The notes under the pieces were generated by a model that saw nothing but the letters and a program-made list of their open reading frames with translations, was not told the DNA's origin and did not search any database. From positions 1 to 64,000 of IMG/VR virus record IMGVR_UViG_3300045988_126190: a DNA stretch of 64,000 nucleotides, one strand, 5' to 3'. Below, in pieces: positions 33,514-41,490 of the stretch. Position 1 is the stretch's first letter; each line of letters starts with the position of its first letter. Made by a program: the position numbers and the translations under genes. The stretch is from a virus.

Positions 33514-34111
33514 ATTTCCCAGCGGTTGAAGCTTGGTATGCTGAATTCGTTTTTGTGAGCATAGCGCCAATGTCGTGTTTCATATTATTATTACGGTTTG
33601 TTATATGGAATGCAATTATTTTATCAAAAATTTTTTCTTTATTCTTTGCGAGTCGGAATCGTTTTTGTGCGCATAGGCGCGGGTTCGCGATTCTTCGCGG
33701 AGTTGAGGCCGTTTTTATGAGCATAGCGGCAGAAATCTGATGGAAGCATTTTCGTTTCTCTGAGTATAGCGGCAAAAAAACTCGGCACGGCATTTTTGTT
33801 TTTCTGAGCATAGTCCGGGCTTGAAAATAATTACACAAGCATCGGGGAAAATATCGGGTGCTTCGCGCAAAGCTCGAAAAAGCTCCGACCGGGAAATCCG
33901 TTTTTCTGAGCATAGCAACGGATATTCCCGGCCGGAAAGCTCGTTTTTGTGAGCATATCGGGCAGCGGACGACGGTTTTCTGCGGACGGGCATCACGCAG
34001 CCGCGCCCGGAGGCACCTTCAAAATAGACAGCGGCAAGCAGTTTTTCATAGCTGATCATTTTTTCAAATCCTCCATATTTTGAGAGAGGCGCAGCCGAAG
34101 CCGCGCCAATT

Positions 34112-34468
34112 TTACGCGATAGAATAGTAATACTCACGCATGGCCGGCAGTTTTTCCGGGATGCTCCGACGATCCCGGACATACTCCAAAAGCGCCGAGG
34201 TCGGCAGCGCGTCAAGAATTTTTTCATACTGCGCCGCATCCGGCAGCAGCTCGAAGCGCCGCGAAAACTCCGCTTTATTTCGGCTTGCGGCCGCGCTGAT
34301 CCGCTCCATATCGGCGGCGGGGATATAATCCGCAGAAACATACAAGCGAATATTTCCCGCCGGGGATATGTGCGCAACGCGTTTATAGTCGCCGTGCTCC
34401 GAAACGGCTTTATTGCATACCGTGATACCATTTCCAAGGCATCCGAGAAATAAATCAAAATTTTTCAT
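34112..34468 (-). CDS. hypothetical protein
   Basis: GGAGG SD. 118 aa. Last gene of a minus-strand operon of unknown function. Confidence 0.55.
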   Translation of the reverse strand: MKNFDLFLGCLGNGITVCNKAVSEHGDYKRVAHISPAGNIRLYVSADYIPAADMERISAAASRNKAEFSRRFELLPDAAQYEKILDALPTSALLEYVRDRRSIPEKLPAMREYYYSIA

Positions 34469-34488
34469 GTGTCAAGACCTCCGGCGCT

Positions 34489-34713
34489 TCAAGCGCTGAA
34501 TTTATTATTTCCGTCGCGTTCGTGGCAGCGGTTCCAGAGCTGCGCCAATTCATACGCGGCTTTTTTTGTGGGCGCGATGCTGGCGAACATCAGGCAACCG
34601 GGGACGCCGGAAAGAAATTCGGCGATGTTGGTTGATTCGCTGACCTTGAGGACATACGCAACATATTTTCCGAAACTGTCTTTTACATCAACGGCAATAT
34701 AAAAATTTTTCAT
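34489..34713 (-). CDS. hypothetical protein
   Basis: Start moved to ATG 34713 behind GGAGGGAG. 74 aa. Confidence 0.5.
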   Translation of the reverse strand: MKNFYIAVDVKDSFGKYVAYVLKVSESTNIAEFLSGVPGCLMFASIAPTKKAAYELAQLWNRCHERDGNNKFSA

Positions 34714-34789
34714 ATATAGCTCCCTCCATAGGTCCGGCGCGGACGCGATCCGCGCCGGGTATATCTGTTTTTGTGTGTATTGTGGCAGT

Positions 34790-35191
34790 TCATGCAATCG
34801 CGCCGCAGCGCATCAGCTCCCGCGTTTTTTCGTCGGCTTCGTGGTACCGCATCCACCAGTCATCAAGCGCGGCGTTTTCTGCGTCAAAAAGCGCGGTAAA
34901 TTCTGCGCGGGACTCAAAATCCATAATATCAAAATGACCGAACAAATCATAATTTGCAGGAGATACGCAGCGGGATTCGTTGATATCTGCACCGCGCAGC
35001 CGGGAAAATACAGCCGAGATAAAATCCCGATCAAGCGCGTTTTCGTAGTAAATGCGCCAGACATTGAACCCGTAGCGATAACGGACGCGCTGAAGCTGCA
35101 AGCCGTTTTTCTTTGCAAGGGAAATAACTTTTTTATCGAACGCGGAAAGCTCAGAGGCGTTCACGCGGTTTTTCTGTGTATTGGTTTTCAT
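34790..35191 (-). CDS. hypothetical protein
   Basis: GGGAGG SD. 133 aa. Confidence 0.55.
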   Translation of the reverse strand: MKTNTQKNRVNASELSAFDKKVISLAKKNGLQLQRVRYRYGFNVWRIYYENALDRDFISAVFSRLRGADINESRCVSPANYDLFGHFDIMDFESRAEFTALFDAENAALDDWWMRYHEADEKTRELMRCGAIA

Positions 35192-35209
35192 TTCTGCATA
35201 CCTCCCAAA

Positions 35210-36007
35210 TTAAAGCGCTTCGCGGGTTCTGAAGTATTCCGCACAGGCGGCCGTATAAGCGGACCGTTGCAGCTCGCTGAAATGCGCGGCGGCAAACAGC
35301 TTTTCGCGGTTTTCGTAGTCCTTCACGCTGTCCACATTCGCAAAGCAGGAAATAACATCATAGTCGGCTTGCCAGTTGATGCCGTATTCGTGATTATCCA
35401 TTTCATAAAGGAAGGCGGATTTCCAATAGTCGAAGTTGTCCGCGTTGGCGTTGGCGGCGGCTTCGATTCCCTGCCGAAGCTGTGCGCATTTCTTCACAAA
35501 ATCGCGATCAGTATAATATGCGAAACAGACAGGACTTAGAACCATGGTTTTAATTTTCTGAGTATATGCGGCCTCCTCTGCGTCATTGTGGAAGATCTGG
35601 AAGCAGGAAACACGCTTGCGCCGCATTCCGTAATAGTTTTGCAGATAGTAGCGGCGGCGGTCAATCTCGTCCGGGTCTGACGTCGGCGCTACAAGCTCGG
35701 CCTCCGTGAATAAAATGCGGTTAAGTTTCGCAACATACAGCGCGCGCAGCTCTTCGCGGCCCTTGCCTTTGTGGTGCAATTCATAATCATTCGCATAGTA
35801 AATATGCTGACCGTCTGCGAAAACGAGAGCGGAAAAACCGAAGTAGCCACCGAAGTCGATAAAATAGACCTGATGCCCCTTGATTTCTTCCATTTCTTCC
35901 GCAAACGCTGCCGCGCCGGACTCCGTCAGCGCTTCAATATCGCGGATGTCGTATTCACTGAAATTTTTGCCGTTGTAATACTTGATTTCCTTCTGAATCT
36001 GTGCCAT
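35210..36007 (-). CDS. hypothetical protein
   Basis: GGAGG SD. 265 aa. No motif recognised. Confidence 0.55.
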   Translation of the reverse strand: MAQIQKEIKYYNGKNFSEYDIRDIEALTESGAAAFAEEMEEIKGHQVYFIDFGGYFGFSALVFADGQHIYYANDYELHHKGKGREELRALYVAKLNRILFTEAELVAPTSDPDEIDRRRYYLQNYYGMRRKRVSCFQIFHNDAEEAAYTQKIKTMVLSPVCFAYYTDRDFVKKCAQLRQGIEAAANANADNFDYWKSAFLYEMDNHEYGINWQADYDVISCFANVDSVKDYENREKLFAAAHFSELQRSAYTAACAEYFRTREAL

Positions 36008-36105
36008 AATAATAATACCTCCATAATAATATTGATTTTCAATGTTGTTGTGAGTTGGGGCACGATGCGCGGCCTATCTTGCCGGACTGTCCGCGCATCG
36101 TGTTT

Positions 36106-36288
36106 TTATTTGTTGTTGTTGTCCTGAATTAACCTTTTAATTGCGCCGGTTGCAGATAGGCCGGAAGCCTTCAGCGCTTCGATTTTTGCGATCAGCTCGG
36201 CATCTTCGATCTTTCGCAGCTTTAACATATATTGCGAGTAGGTTTTTGTTTCGTATCGCCGTTTTGCTTCGTTGCTAACTTTTCCCAT
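36106..36288 (-). CDS. small RHH-like protein
   Basis: ATG 36288 behind AAGGGGTGA. MGKVSNEAKRRYETKTYSQYMLKLRKIEDAELIAKIEALK. Confidence 0.45.
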   Translation of the reverse strand: MGKVSNEAKRRYETKTYSQYMLKLRKIEDAELIAKIEALKASGLSATGAIKRLIQDNNNK

Positions 36289-36299
36289 GAAATCACCCC

Positions 36300-36327
36300 T
36301 TGACATTCTGTTTTGATGTGGTATAAT
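36300..36327 (+). promoter_or_regulatory. strong sigma-70-type promoter of the candidate antitoxin sRNA
   Basis: TTGACA(36300)-16 nt-TATAAT(36322), with an extended -10 TG. Confidence 0.5.
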
Positions 36328-36333
36328 ATTCCC

Positions 36334-36441
36334 GAAGGGTAAGCAAGGGGCGGCGACCGCTGCAACGGTCACGGCCCACCCCCCATTAAGTAGGAATTTG
36401 TGGAAGTGGCCGCGCCTTTGCTAGGGTGCGGTTATTTCTTT
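36334..36441 (+). ncRNA. candidate type I antitoxin sRNA (about 105 nt)
   Basis: Contains CACCCCCCATTAAGTAG (36377-36393), complementary in 16 of 17 positions to the toxin SD region. Terminator CCGCGCC/GGTGCGG (36410-36431) plus a U-tract overlaps the toxin stop codon. Confidence 0.4.
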
Positions 36442-36512
36442 GCTATTGCGATAACTCCGAAGATAACAACGGATAACAGATTCAAAAGCGCAATGACTTC
36501 TAATACTGTCAT
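36432..36512 (-). CDS. 26-aa hydrophobic peptide, type I toxin-like (Hol-Tox/Fst-like)
   Basis: I translated it myself: MTVLEVIALLNLLSVVIFGVIAIAKK. GGGGGGTG SD 5 nt upstream. It has its own consensus promoter. Confidence 0.5.
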   Translation of the reverse strand: MTVLEVIALLNLLSVVIFGVIAIAKK

Positions 36513-36575
36513 ATTGTCACCCCCCGTTAAGTAGTCGGCGGGATGAGCTTTTCCGTTCCCCTTGCTTACATTAAC

Positions 36576-36604
36576 ATTGTACCATACAATAACGTATTTG
36601 TCAA
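36576..36604 (-). promoter_or_regulatory. promoter of the toxin peptide mRNA
   Basis: Minus-strand TTGACA(36599-36604)-17-TACAAT(36576-36581), with an extended -10 TG. Confidence 0.5.
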
Positions 36605-36939
36605 TAACTTTTTGCTGGTTTTTCAATATTTTTTCAATTATTTTTGCAGCTGCCGAGATGCAGCGAAAGAGGGCACGCCGAGGAGATTTTCCCCGGCCTT
36701 TTTCTTTTCCCAGATGCAGAAGGCGCAAGCGCGGCCACGGTGCAAGGAATCAGGACGCGCAGACGGTGCAGGGCTTCCAGCGATACGGACGGCAAAAAAG
36801 CACCGGCGCCCCGGCTGGATGGATGAAAACCGCCGAGCCGCCCGGCTTCCTGTGTTCTCCGTCCCTTGCGTGCGCGCGTGTATATTGTAGCCTGCGCCCG
36901 TTTATATAAATAATATACAGTGCGCGCGCGTAAATGCTA

Positions 36940-36987
36940 CCCCCGCCCCCGCGCCCCTCATGCAAACAACGCCCCCGCCCCCGCGCC
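36940..36987. repeat. two 16-bp C/G-run direct repeats (G-quadruplex potential on the minus strand)
   Basis: CCCCCGCCCCCGCGCC at 36940-36955 and 36972-36987, flanked by AT-rich tracts. Confidence 0.6.
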
Positions 36988-37922
36988 ATTATACCCGCGT
37001 CCGCGCGTCCCGCGTTGCGCGTTCTCTGCAATGCAGGCAATTATATAATAATACTGTAAATCAAACTATAGTTAATTGCAACTAACTCAATGGGGATATA
37101 CAGGGGCGGGAGGTGTTTTTTGCAGTAACTAAGAAACTGCAACAAAGGACAAAAAAAGAGCAAAGAGCCGCCGCGAAGCTGTACCGGAGCGCGTCCGACC
37201 GTTCCCGGCTTCATGTTCGTCAATTTGCATAACGGCAGAAGCACCGCGCCCGGTTTCGGCTCTGCTGGCGTTGTGATTATTAACTATAATCGAAACATCA
37301 GCGGCACTAGCGGCCATTTCCCCGGCTGATTCCGAACGGCCGGGGGTGGGTTTACAGTTGGAAAGCGGATTTTTCTGCTACCAAAGGCAATAGCTCTTCC
37401 CCCCACCCCCTTGTTCCCAAACTGGGCTTAGACCACGGGAATAGATGCGGCAAAGAGCGGAGCCATCCCCTGTTCCCAAATCCAGCAACCAATGCAAACG
37501 CATCGCGGCGAATTATAAGCACCAACTTGTTCTCCTGACTGTGAGGGAAAGCCACAGAAAGTGCGGGAAGCATTTTCTTCCGTTGCGCTGTGATTTCGTG
37601 AAAGATTCAGAGGGATTTTTGCGAAAAGTATACACTTTTTTCATATCGAGGGAAAAAGGACCGTCCTAGGCTGGCTGAGCTGGCTTAGGGCGGTTTTGTT
37701 GTTTTGCGTTAAATTGGCGGTGGTGTGGTGAATCGGATGTGGGGCTGAGGTGGATTGTTTACGGGGCGTACGCGCTTATCGGGTGACGGGCGGGTAGTTT
37801 CAGCCATTGGGAGCCAAAAATCGATTCTGCGCGAAAATAACGGCATGTGCAGGTGGAAAATAATTACACGGGTAGGTGTGATATGCTGGAAATAGAAACG
37901 AGCGGAGAGGCGGTGAAGGTGG

Positions 37923-38594
37923 ATGGTGATATGCGACCACGACTGTGAGCGGTGCAAATATCCGGATTGTTTGTGTGATGAGCTGACGGCGGAGGAGATT
38001 CGTCGGTCGGACGAGCTGGACAATGCGATTTTGCGGTCACGGGGAGAATTTGGGCGTGGCGGTCGGCATCCGCAGCCGAGGGTAGAGCAAGAGAGCGGGG
38101 CCACGGTAAGGCAGTGGCGGGAGCGTAACGGCTTGTCTTTAGAGTCGGCGGCCTTTGTGATAGGGGTCGGCGCGTGGACAATGCGGTATATCGAGAGCGG
38201 CGGGCCGGTTCCCGAGGAGGAGTGGAAGAAGGTCGCGCGGTATGTGGATGAGCATTGTGAGGTAGACGCGGAGGAGGCTTATACGCCGCAGGTGTTGGCG
38301 CGGCAGCTCATGGCCTCGCGGGCATCTTCTCCGTTCCGGGTAGCTCTGCGGTCGGTGTTTCTTTCCTGCTGGGACGACCTGTGCGCGGCGTGCGGAAAGA
38401 GCGGCGCAGAGTGTCAGGGCTGTAAATGGCAAAGAGAGGAGGGAGAAAAGGGTGCCGAAGTATCTGCTCGACAGAGCGATGAAGGGGACGGCAAATTTCG
38501 AGGTCAAGGTGCCGACCAATGGCGGGATATGGTCTGTGCCGGAGTACAAGGTGTACGGAAGGATCGCGCTTGGAGAGACCGTGACGGTGTATGA
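37923..38594 (+). CDS. Cys4 zinc-finger + HTH regulator-like protein
   Basis: GAAGGTGGA SD. CERCKYPDCLC motif followed by an HTH (LSLESAAFVIGVGAWTMRYIESG). The last roughly 45 codons overlap the next gene and look like off-frame sequence. Confidence 0.45.
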   Translation: MVICDHDCERCKYPDCLCDELTAEEIRRSDELDNAILRSRGEFGRGGRHPQPRVEQESGATVRQWRERNGLSLESAAFVIGVGAWTMRYIESGGPVPEEEWKKVARYVDEHCEVDAEEAYTPQVLARQLMASRASSPFRVALRSVFLSCWDDLCAACGKSGAECQGCKWQREEGEKGAEVSARQSDEGDGKFRGQGADQWRDMVCAGVQGVRKDRAWRDRDGV

Positions 38595-38721
38595 CGGCTC
38601 TGAGATGCACCGGGGCGAGGTCGTTTACATTCATCCGCAGGGGCGATTTTTTCAAATACAGGCAAATGGGGAAACGTGGCGGACGTCGTTCGCGTTCCCG
38701 ACAACGAAAGGAGAAGATTAA
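38452..38721 (+). CDS. hypothetical protein
   Basis: GTG behind GGAGGGAGAAAAGG. 89 aa. Confidence 0.45.
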   Translation: MPKYLLDRAMKGTANFEVKVPTNGGIWSVPEYKVYGRIALGETVTVYDGSEMHRGEVVYIHPQGRFFQIQANGETWRTSFAFPTTKGED

Positions 38722-38724
38722 AGC

Positions 38725-39069
38725 ATGGCAAGAAAGACGAAAGAGCAGCAGATTAACGAGCTGAAGGAGCAGGTAGCGCGTTTGGAGGAGTTGTTGCGGA
38801 AGCATTGCGCCTTGTTCGACGAGTTTAAGGGCCGGGTATTGCGCGGGGAGTTCCGAAGCCGGTGGCTTCCCGTGACGGAATTCATCCCGGATGAGGGCGA
38901 GTTCCTCTTTGCGCGGCTGGATGACGGCACGTTCATTGTTGCGAAGTACGCAGACGGAAAATTCGACCTCGGCGGGGACGAGACGACCGCTTCTGTCACC
39001 CATTGGTTCTATGCGCCGTTCTTTGCGGAGCAGACAGAGGAAGCTGAAAGCGAGGAGGAATCAACATGA
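38725..39069 (+). CDS. hypothetical protein (DUF551-like C-terminal half)
   Basis: AAAGGAG SD. RWLPVTEFIPDEGE...THWFYAP. Confidence 0.45.
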   Translation: MARKTKEQQINELKEQVARLEELLRKHCALFDEFKGRVLRGEFRSRWLPVTEFIPDEGEFLFARLDDGTFIVAKYADGKFDLGGDETTASVTHWFYAPFFAEQTEEAESEEEST

Positions 39070-39557
39070 CAAAAGATGAGATTGTTAAGGCACTGAGAGT
39101 ATGCGGAGAAAGTAGGTTTTGCGAGGAGTGCCCCAGCTATGAGCTGAAAGACACGATGGGCGTTTACCCTTGCGCCGACTTGCTGATGATGAAAGCTGCC
39201 GTCCTGATCGAGCAGCAGGAGGCAAGAATTACAGGGCTGGAAGCGAAGGTGCCGAGGTGGATTCCGGTGACGGAGCGGCTACCGATGAAGGGTGAAGATG
39301 GGCGCCGCGACAGCGATTGGGTACACTGCATTGTGTCTGTCATATGGACATATGGCAGCAATTTTGCCGATGCTGAAACGCACGTCTTTTCGGCTCCTGC
39401 TCTGTTCGATGTAGACCAAAAAATCTGGCACGTGGGGTCAACGGACGAGTCTCGCTTCAGCGTTAATGCGCTGATTCCGCGGGAGATTTCTGATGGCAGC
39501 TACTTCGTCACCCATTGGATGCCGTATCCGAAACCGCCGCAGGAGGGCCGCAAATGA
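39066..39557 (+). CDS. DUF551-like protein, paralogue of 17367-17741
   Basis: GAGGAGGAA SD. The first 30 nt and a 33-nt internal block are identical to the minus-strand paralogue. ...THWMPYPKPP. Confidence 0.55.
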   Translation: MTKDEIVKALRVCGESRFCEECPSYELKDTMGVYPCADLLMMKAAVLIEQQEARITGLEAKVPRWIPVTERLPMKGEDGRRDSDWVHCIVSVIWTYGSNFADAETHVFSAPALFDVDQKIWHVGSTDESRFSVNALIPREISDGSYFVTHWMPYPKPPQEGRK

Positions 39558-39901
39558 GCTATGATTTGAGAATTGCCGTGAAGGTTCAGGGCTGCGACCG
39601 GTTCGCGATCATTGCGACACCGGAGTATGACCAGCCTACCTACAACCTCGGCGAGATGTTCCGAGCGTGTACCGGTTGGGATTACAACCAAGGCGAGTAT
39701 TACAACTGCGCCGAGGTGATTGGGAAAATCGAGCAAGGAATCCACGAGCTTTCTGTAAACCGCCAGAAATACAAGCCGATGGAGCCGAGTAACGGCTGGG
39801 GCAGCATCGCAAGCGCGAAGCGGGCGCTGGAAAGCCTGCGCGACTGCATCTATGAGCAGGCAGAGGATATTCCCATCGAGTGCCTGTGGGTCGCATGGTA
39901 G
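39554..39901 (+). CDS. hypothetical protein
   Basis: ATG overlaps the previous stop (ATGA). 115 aa. Confidence 0.5.
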   Translation: MSYDLRIAVKVQGCDRFAIIATPEYDQPTYNLGEMFRACTGWDYNQGEYYNCAEVIGKIEQGIHELSVNRQKYKPMEPSNGWGSIASAKRALESLRDCIYEQAEDIPIECLWVAW

Positions 39902-39913
39902 GAGGTGGACGAA

Positions 39914-40114
39914 ATGACAGAGGCGTTTAAGCAGGGCAGAGAGCTGACGGCAGAGCAGGTGCTCGCCGCGATTTATAACTGCAAACTCGACCATTGCCGC
40001 CAGTGCAAGTATTTGCTGCACGGGGAGGCTTGCATGGACGAGCTGCTGGACGATGCGGCGGGCGTGATTGTGCGGCTCAATGCGGCGCTGGAAGCGAAGG
40101 AGGGGAAAGCATAA
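39914..40114 (+). CDS. hypothetical Cys-containing small protein
   Basis: ATG 39914 lies 8 nt after AGGAGG; the track start GTG 39905 sits too close to the SD. Confidence 0.45.
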   Translation: MTEAFKQGRELTAEQVLAAIYNCKLDHCRQCKYLLHGEACMDELLDDAAGVIVRLNAALEAKEGKA

Positions 40115-40458
40115 TGGCAAAGGGAAACTATCAGCAGCGGCTCAAGGAAGAGCGGCAGGGATTTCTCGACGTTGGGATTGACTTTGGGACGCAGCGGACG
40201 GCGGATTATCTTTCCATCGTTCTGAACGACCCGGAGATCATGGGAAAATCGGCGATGGGTGCCAGCCGTCTCCGCAAGGTGTTCGACGCGGTACATGAGC
40301 TGGAAAAGACCTTCAATGCGGCGTTTTACGCCAATCCGGAGCAGGACTACTGGCAGGAGGTGCTTGACCGCCGCCTTGCGGAAATCTTCGGGAAGGACAA
40401 CCTGTGCCCGTTCAAGGAGCGCTATCCGTTTTTGAAGGAGGTCCGCTATGGCAAGTAG
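40114..40458 (+). CDS. hypothetical protein
   Basis: ATG overlaps the previous stop (TAATG). 114 aa. Confidence 0.5.
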   Translation: MAKGNYQQRLKEERQGFLDVGIDFGTQRTADYLSIVLNDPEIMGKSAMGASRLRKVFDAVHELEKTFNAAFYANPEQDYWQEVLDRRLAEIFGKDNLCPFKERYPFLKEVRYGK

Positions 40459-40491
40459 CATCGTGCATCAAAAGAAACGAGTGGATAAGCT

Positions 40492-41106
40492 ATGAAAACT
40501 TATACAAAAATCATCAAGAACGTGGAGGTATTCGGGCTTGAGCGGAGCGTGGCGGCGAGCCGGTATCCGATGGCGGTGGATGTCAGCGGGTGTCCAAGCG
40601 ACATTTCCAAGGGAACGCTTGCGCTGGCGCAGTGCAGGACAGGGACGGGGCATGACCAGTTTCTGACGGGTATCATCGTCCAATTCGACCTGACGTTTAC
40701 GATAAAGGCGTGGGTCGAGGCGTGGGTCGAGGCGGAGCGGTATCATTTCTTCGACGTCGTTTCGAGCCAGTCTACTATGCATAAGGCGGCGAAGTTTGAC
40801 ATTTCTGCACAGTGCATCGGGTATGTGCAGCCGGAAATCATCGCGGCGTGCAAGGCGCTCCAAAGGGCGTACAGGAAGGAGCCGACACCGGAGAATTACC
40901 TCAAGCTGCTGTACAATCTGCCGGTCGGCTTCCGGCTGACGGCGCGAATGACAACGAATTACCGGCAGCTCAAGACCATTTATCAGCAGAGAAAAGATCA
41001 CAGATTACCGGAATGGCGGCGCTTTTGCGACTTTATCGAGGATTTGCCCTTTTCGGAATTTATAACCGGCGAAAAGCCAAAGGTACAAAAGGAGTATGAC
41101 GAATGA
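40492..41106 (+). CDS. ThyX-like fold protein with degenerate catalytic motif
   Basis: GHDQFLTGIIVQFDLTF...ERYHFFDVVSSQSTM parallels the ThyX H..LEH..F.F...RHR..S...S.RY region, but the RHR and SxRY residues are not conserved. Confidence 0.35.
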   Translation: MKTYTKIIKNVEVFGLERSVAASRYPMAVDVSGCPSDISKGTLALAQCRTGTGHDQFLTGIIVQFDLTFTIKAWVEAWVEAERYHFFDVVSSQSTMHKAAKFDISAQCIGYVQPEIIAACKALQRAYRKEPTPENYLKLLYNLPVGFRLTARMTTNYRQLKTIYQQRKDHRLPEWRRFCDFIEDLPFSEFITGEKPKVQKEYDE

Positions 41107-41324
41107 AGATATTAACACGGAGCCGCGTGCTCGACATATCGTCCACCATCGCAGCGCTCATGCATACGAACAACGAACTGCTGGACGAAGGTACGGCGGC
41201 GGGGATCAATTTCGGACTGGTTCTGCTTGCCGACGAGATCGGCGTGCTGCATGTTGTGCAGAGGATGCTCAACACACACCTTGGGGCAATAAAGGAGGAC
41301 GAGAAAAATGAAACTGGAAATTGA
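41103..41324 (+). CDS. hypothetical protein
   Basis: AAAGGAG SD. 73 aa. Confidence 0.5.
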   Translation: MKILTRSRVLDISSTIAALMHTNNELLDEGTAAGINFGLVLLADEIGVLHVVQRMLNTHLGAIKEDEKNETGN

Positions 41325-41490
41325 AGTGCCGGATGGCTTTCTTGGCGGAGAGCTAGTGTTCCTTGAGGAAGCAGCGGGCGCTCTCAAACTGAGCACGATG
41401 ACCGTCGATACCGACTGTGAGGCTCGGGGCAAACTGCCCGGTACGATACCAAAGCAGGAGAAACAACTTGTTCCGTGGGAGGCGGACTGA
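41308..41490 (+). CDS. hypothetical protein
   Basis: AAAGGAGGA SD. 60 aa. Confidence 0.45.
   Translation: MKLEIEVPDGFLGGELVFLEEAAGALKLSTMTVDTDCEARGKLPGTIPKQEKQLVPWEAD

Larger units (their letters stand above)
33227..33959 (+). repeat. array of at least 8 degenerate 18-bp direct repeats, CGTTTTTGTGAGCATAGC
   Basis: Copies start at 33227, 33548, 33660, 33710, 33753, 33797, 33899 and 33942. Four of the spacings are 43-50 bp. Confidence 0.7.

Noticed and set aside
33512-33913. 133-aa minus-strand ORF with repeated MLRKT/MLIKT/MLTKT motifs
   Set aside because: The motif periodicity simply mirrors the 18-bp DNA repeats. There is no SD, so it is treated as non-coding repeat DNA.
33227-33959. Possible CRISPR array
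   Set aside because: The repeats are only 18 bp, degenerate and irregularly spaced (43-321 bp). There is no leader or cas gene. It does not have CRISPR architecture.
36432-36728. 98-aa minus-strand ORF, plus the overlapping plus-strand ORFs 36543-36909
   Set aside because: Only the last 26 codons follow an SD and a promoter, and the promoter lies inside the longer ORF. The plus-strand ORFs lack SDs and lie in the repeat-rich non-coding region.
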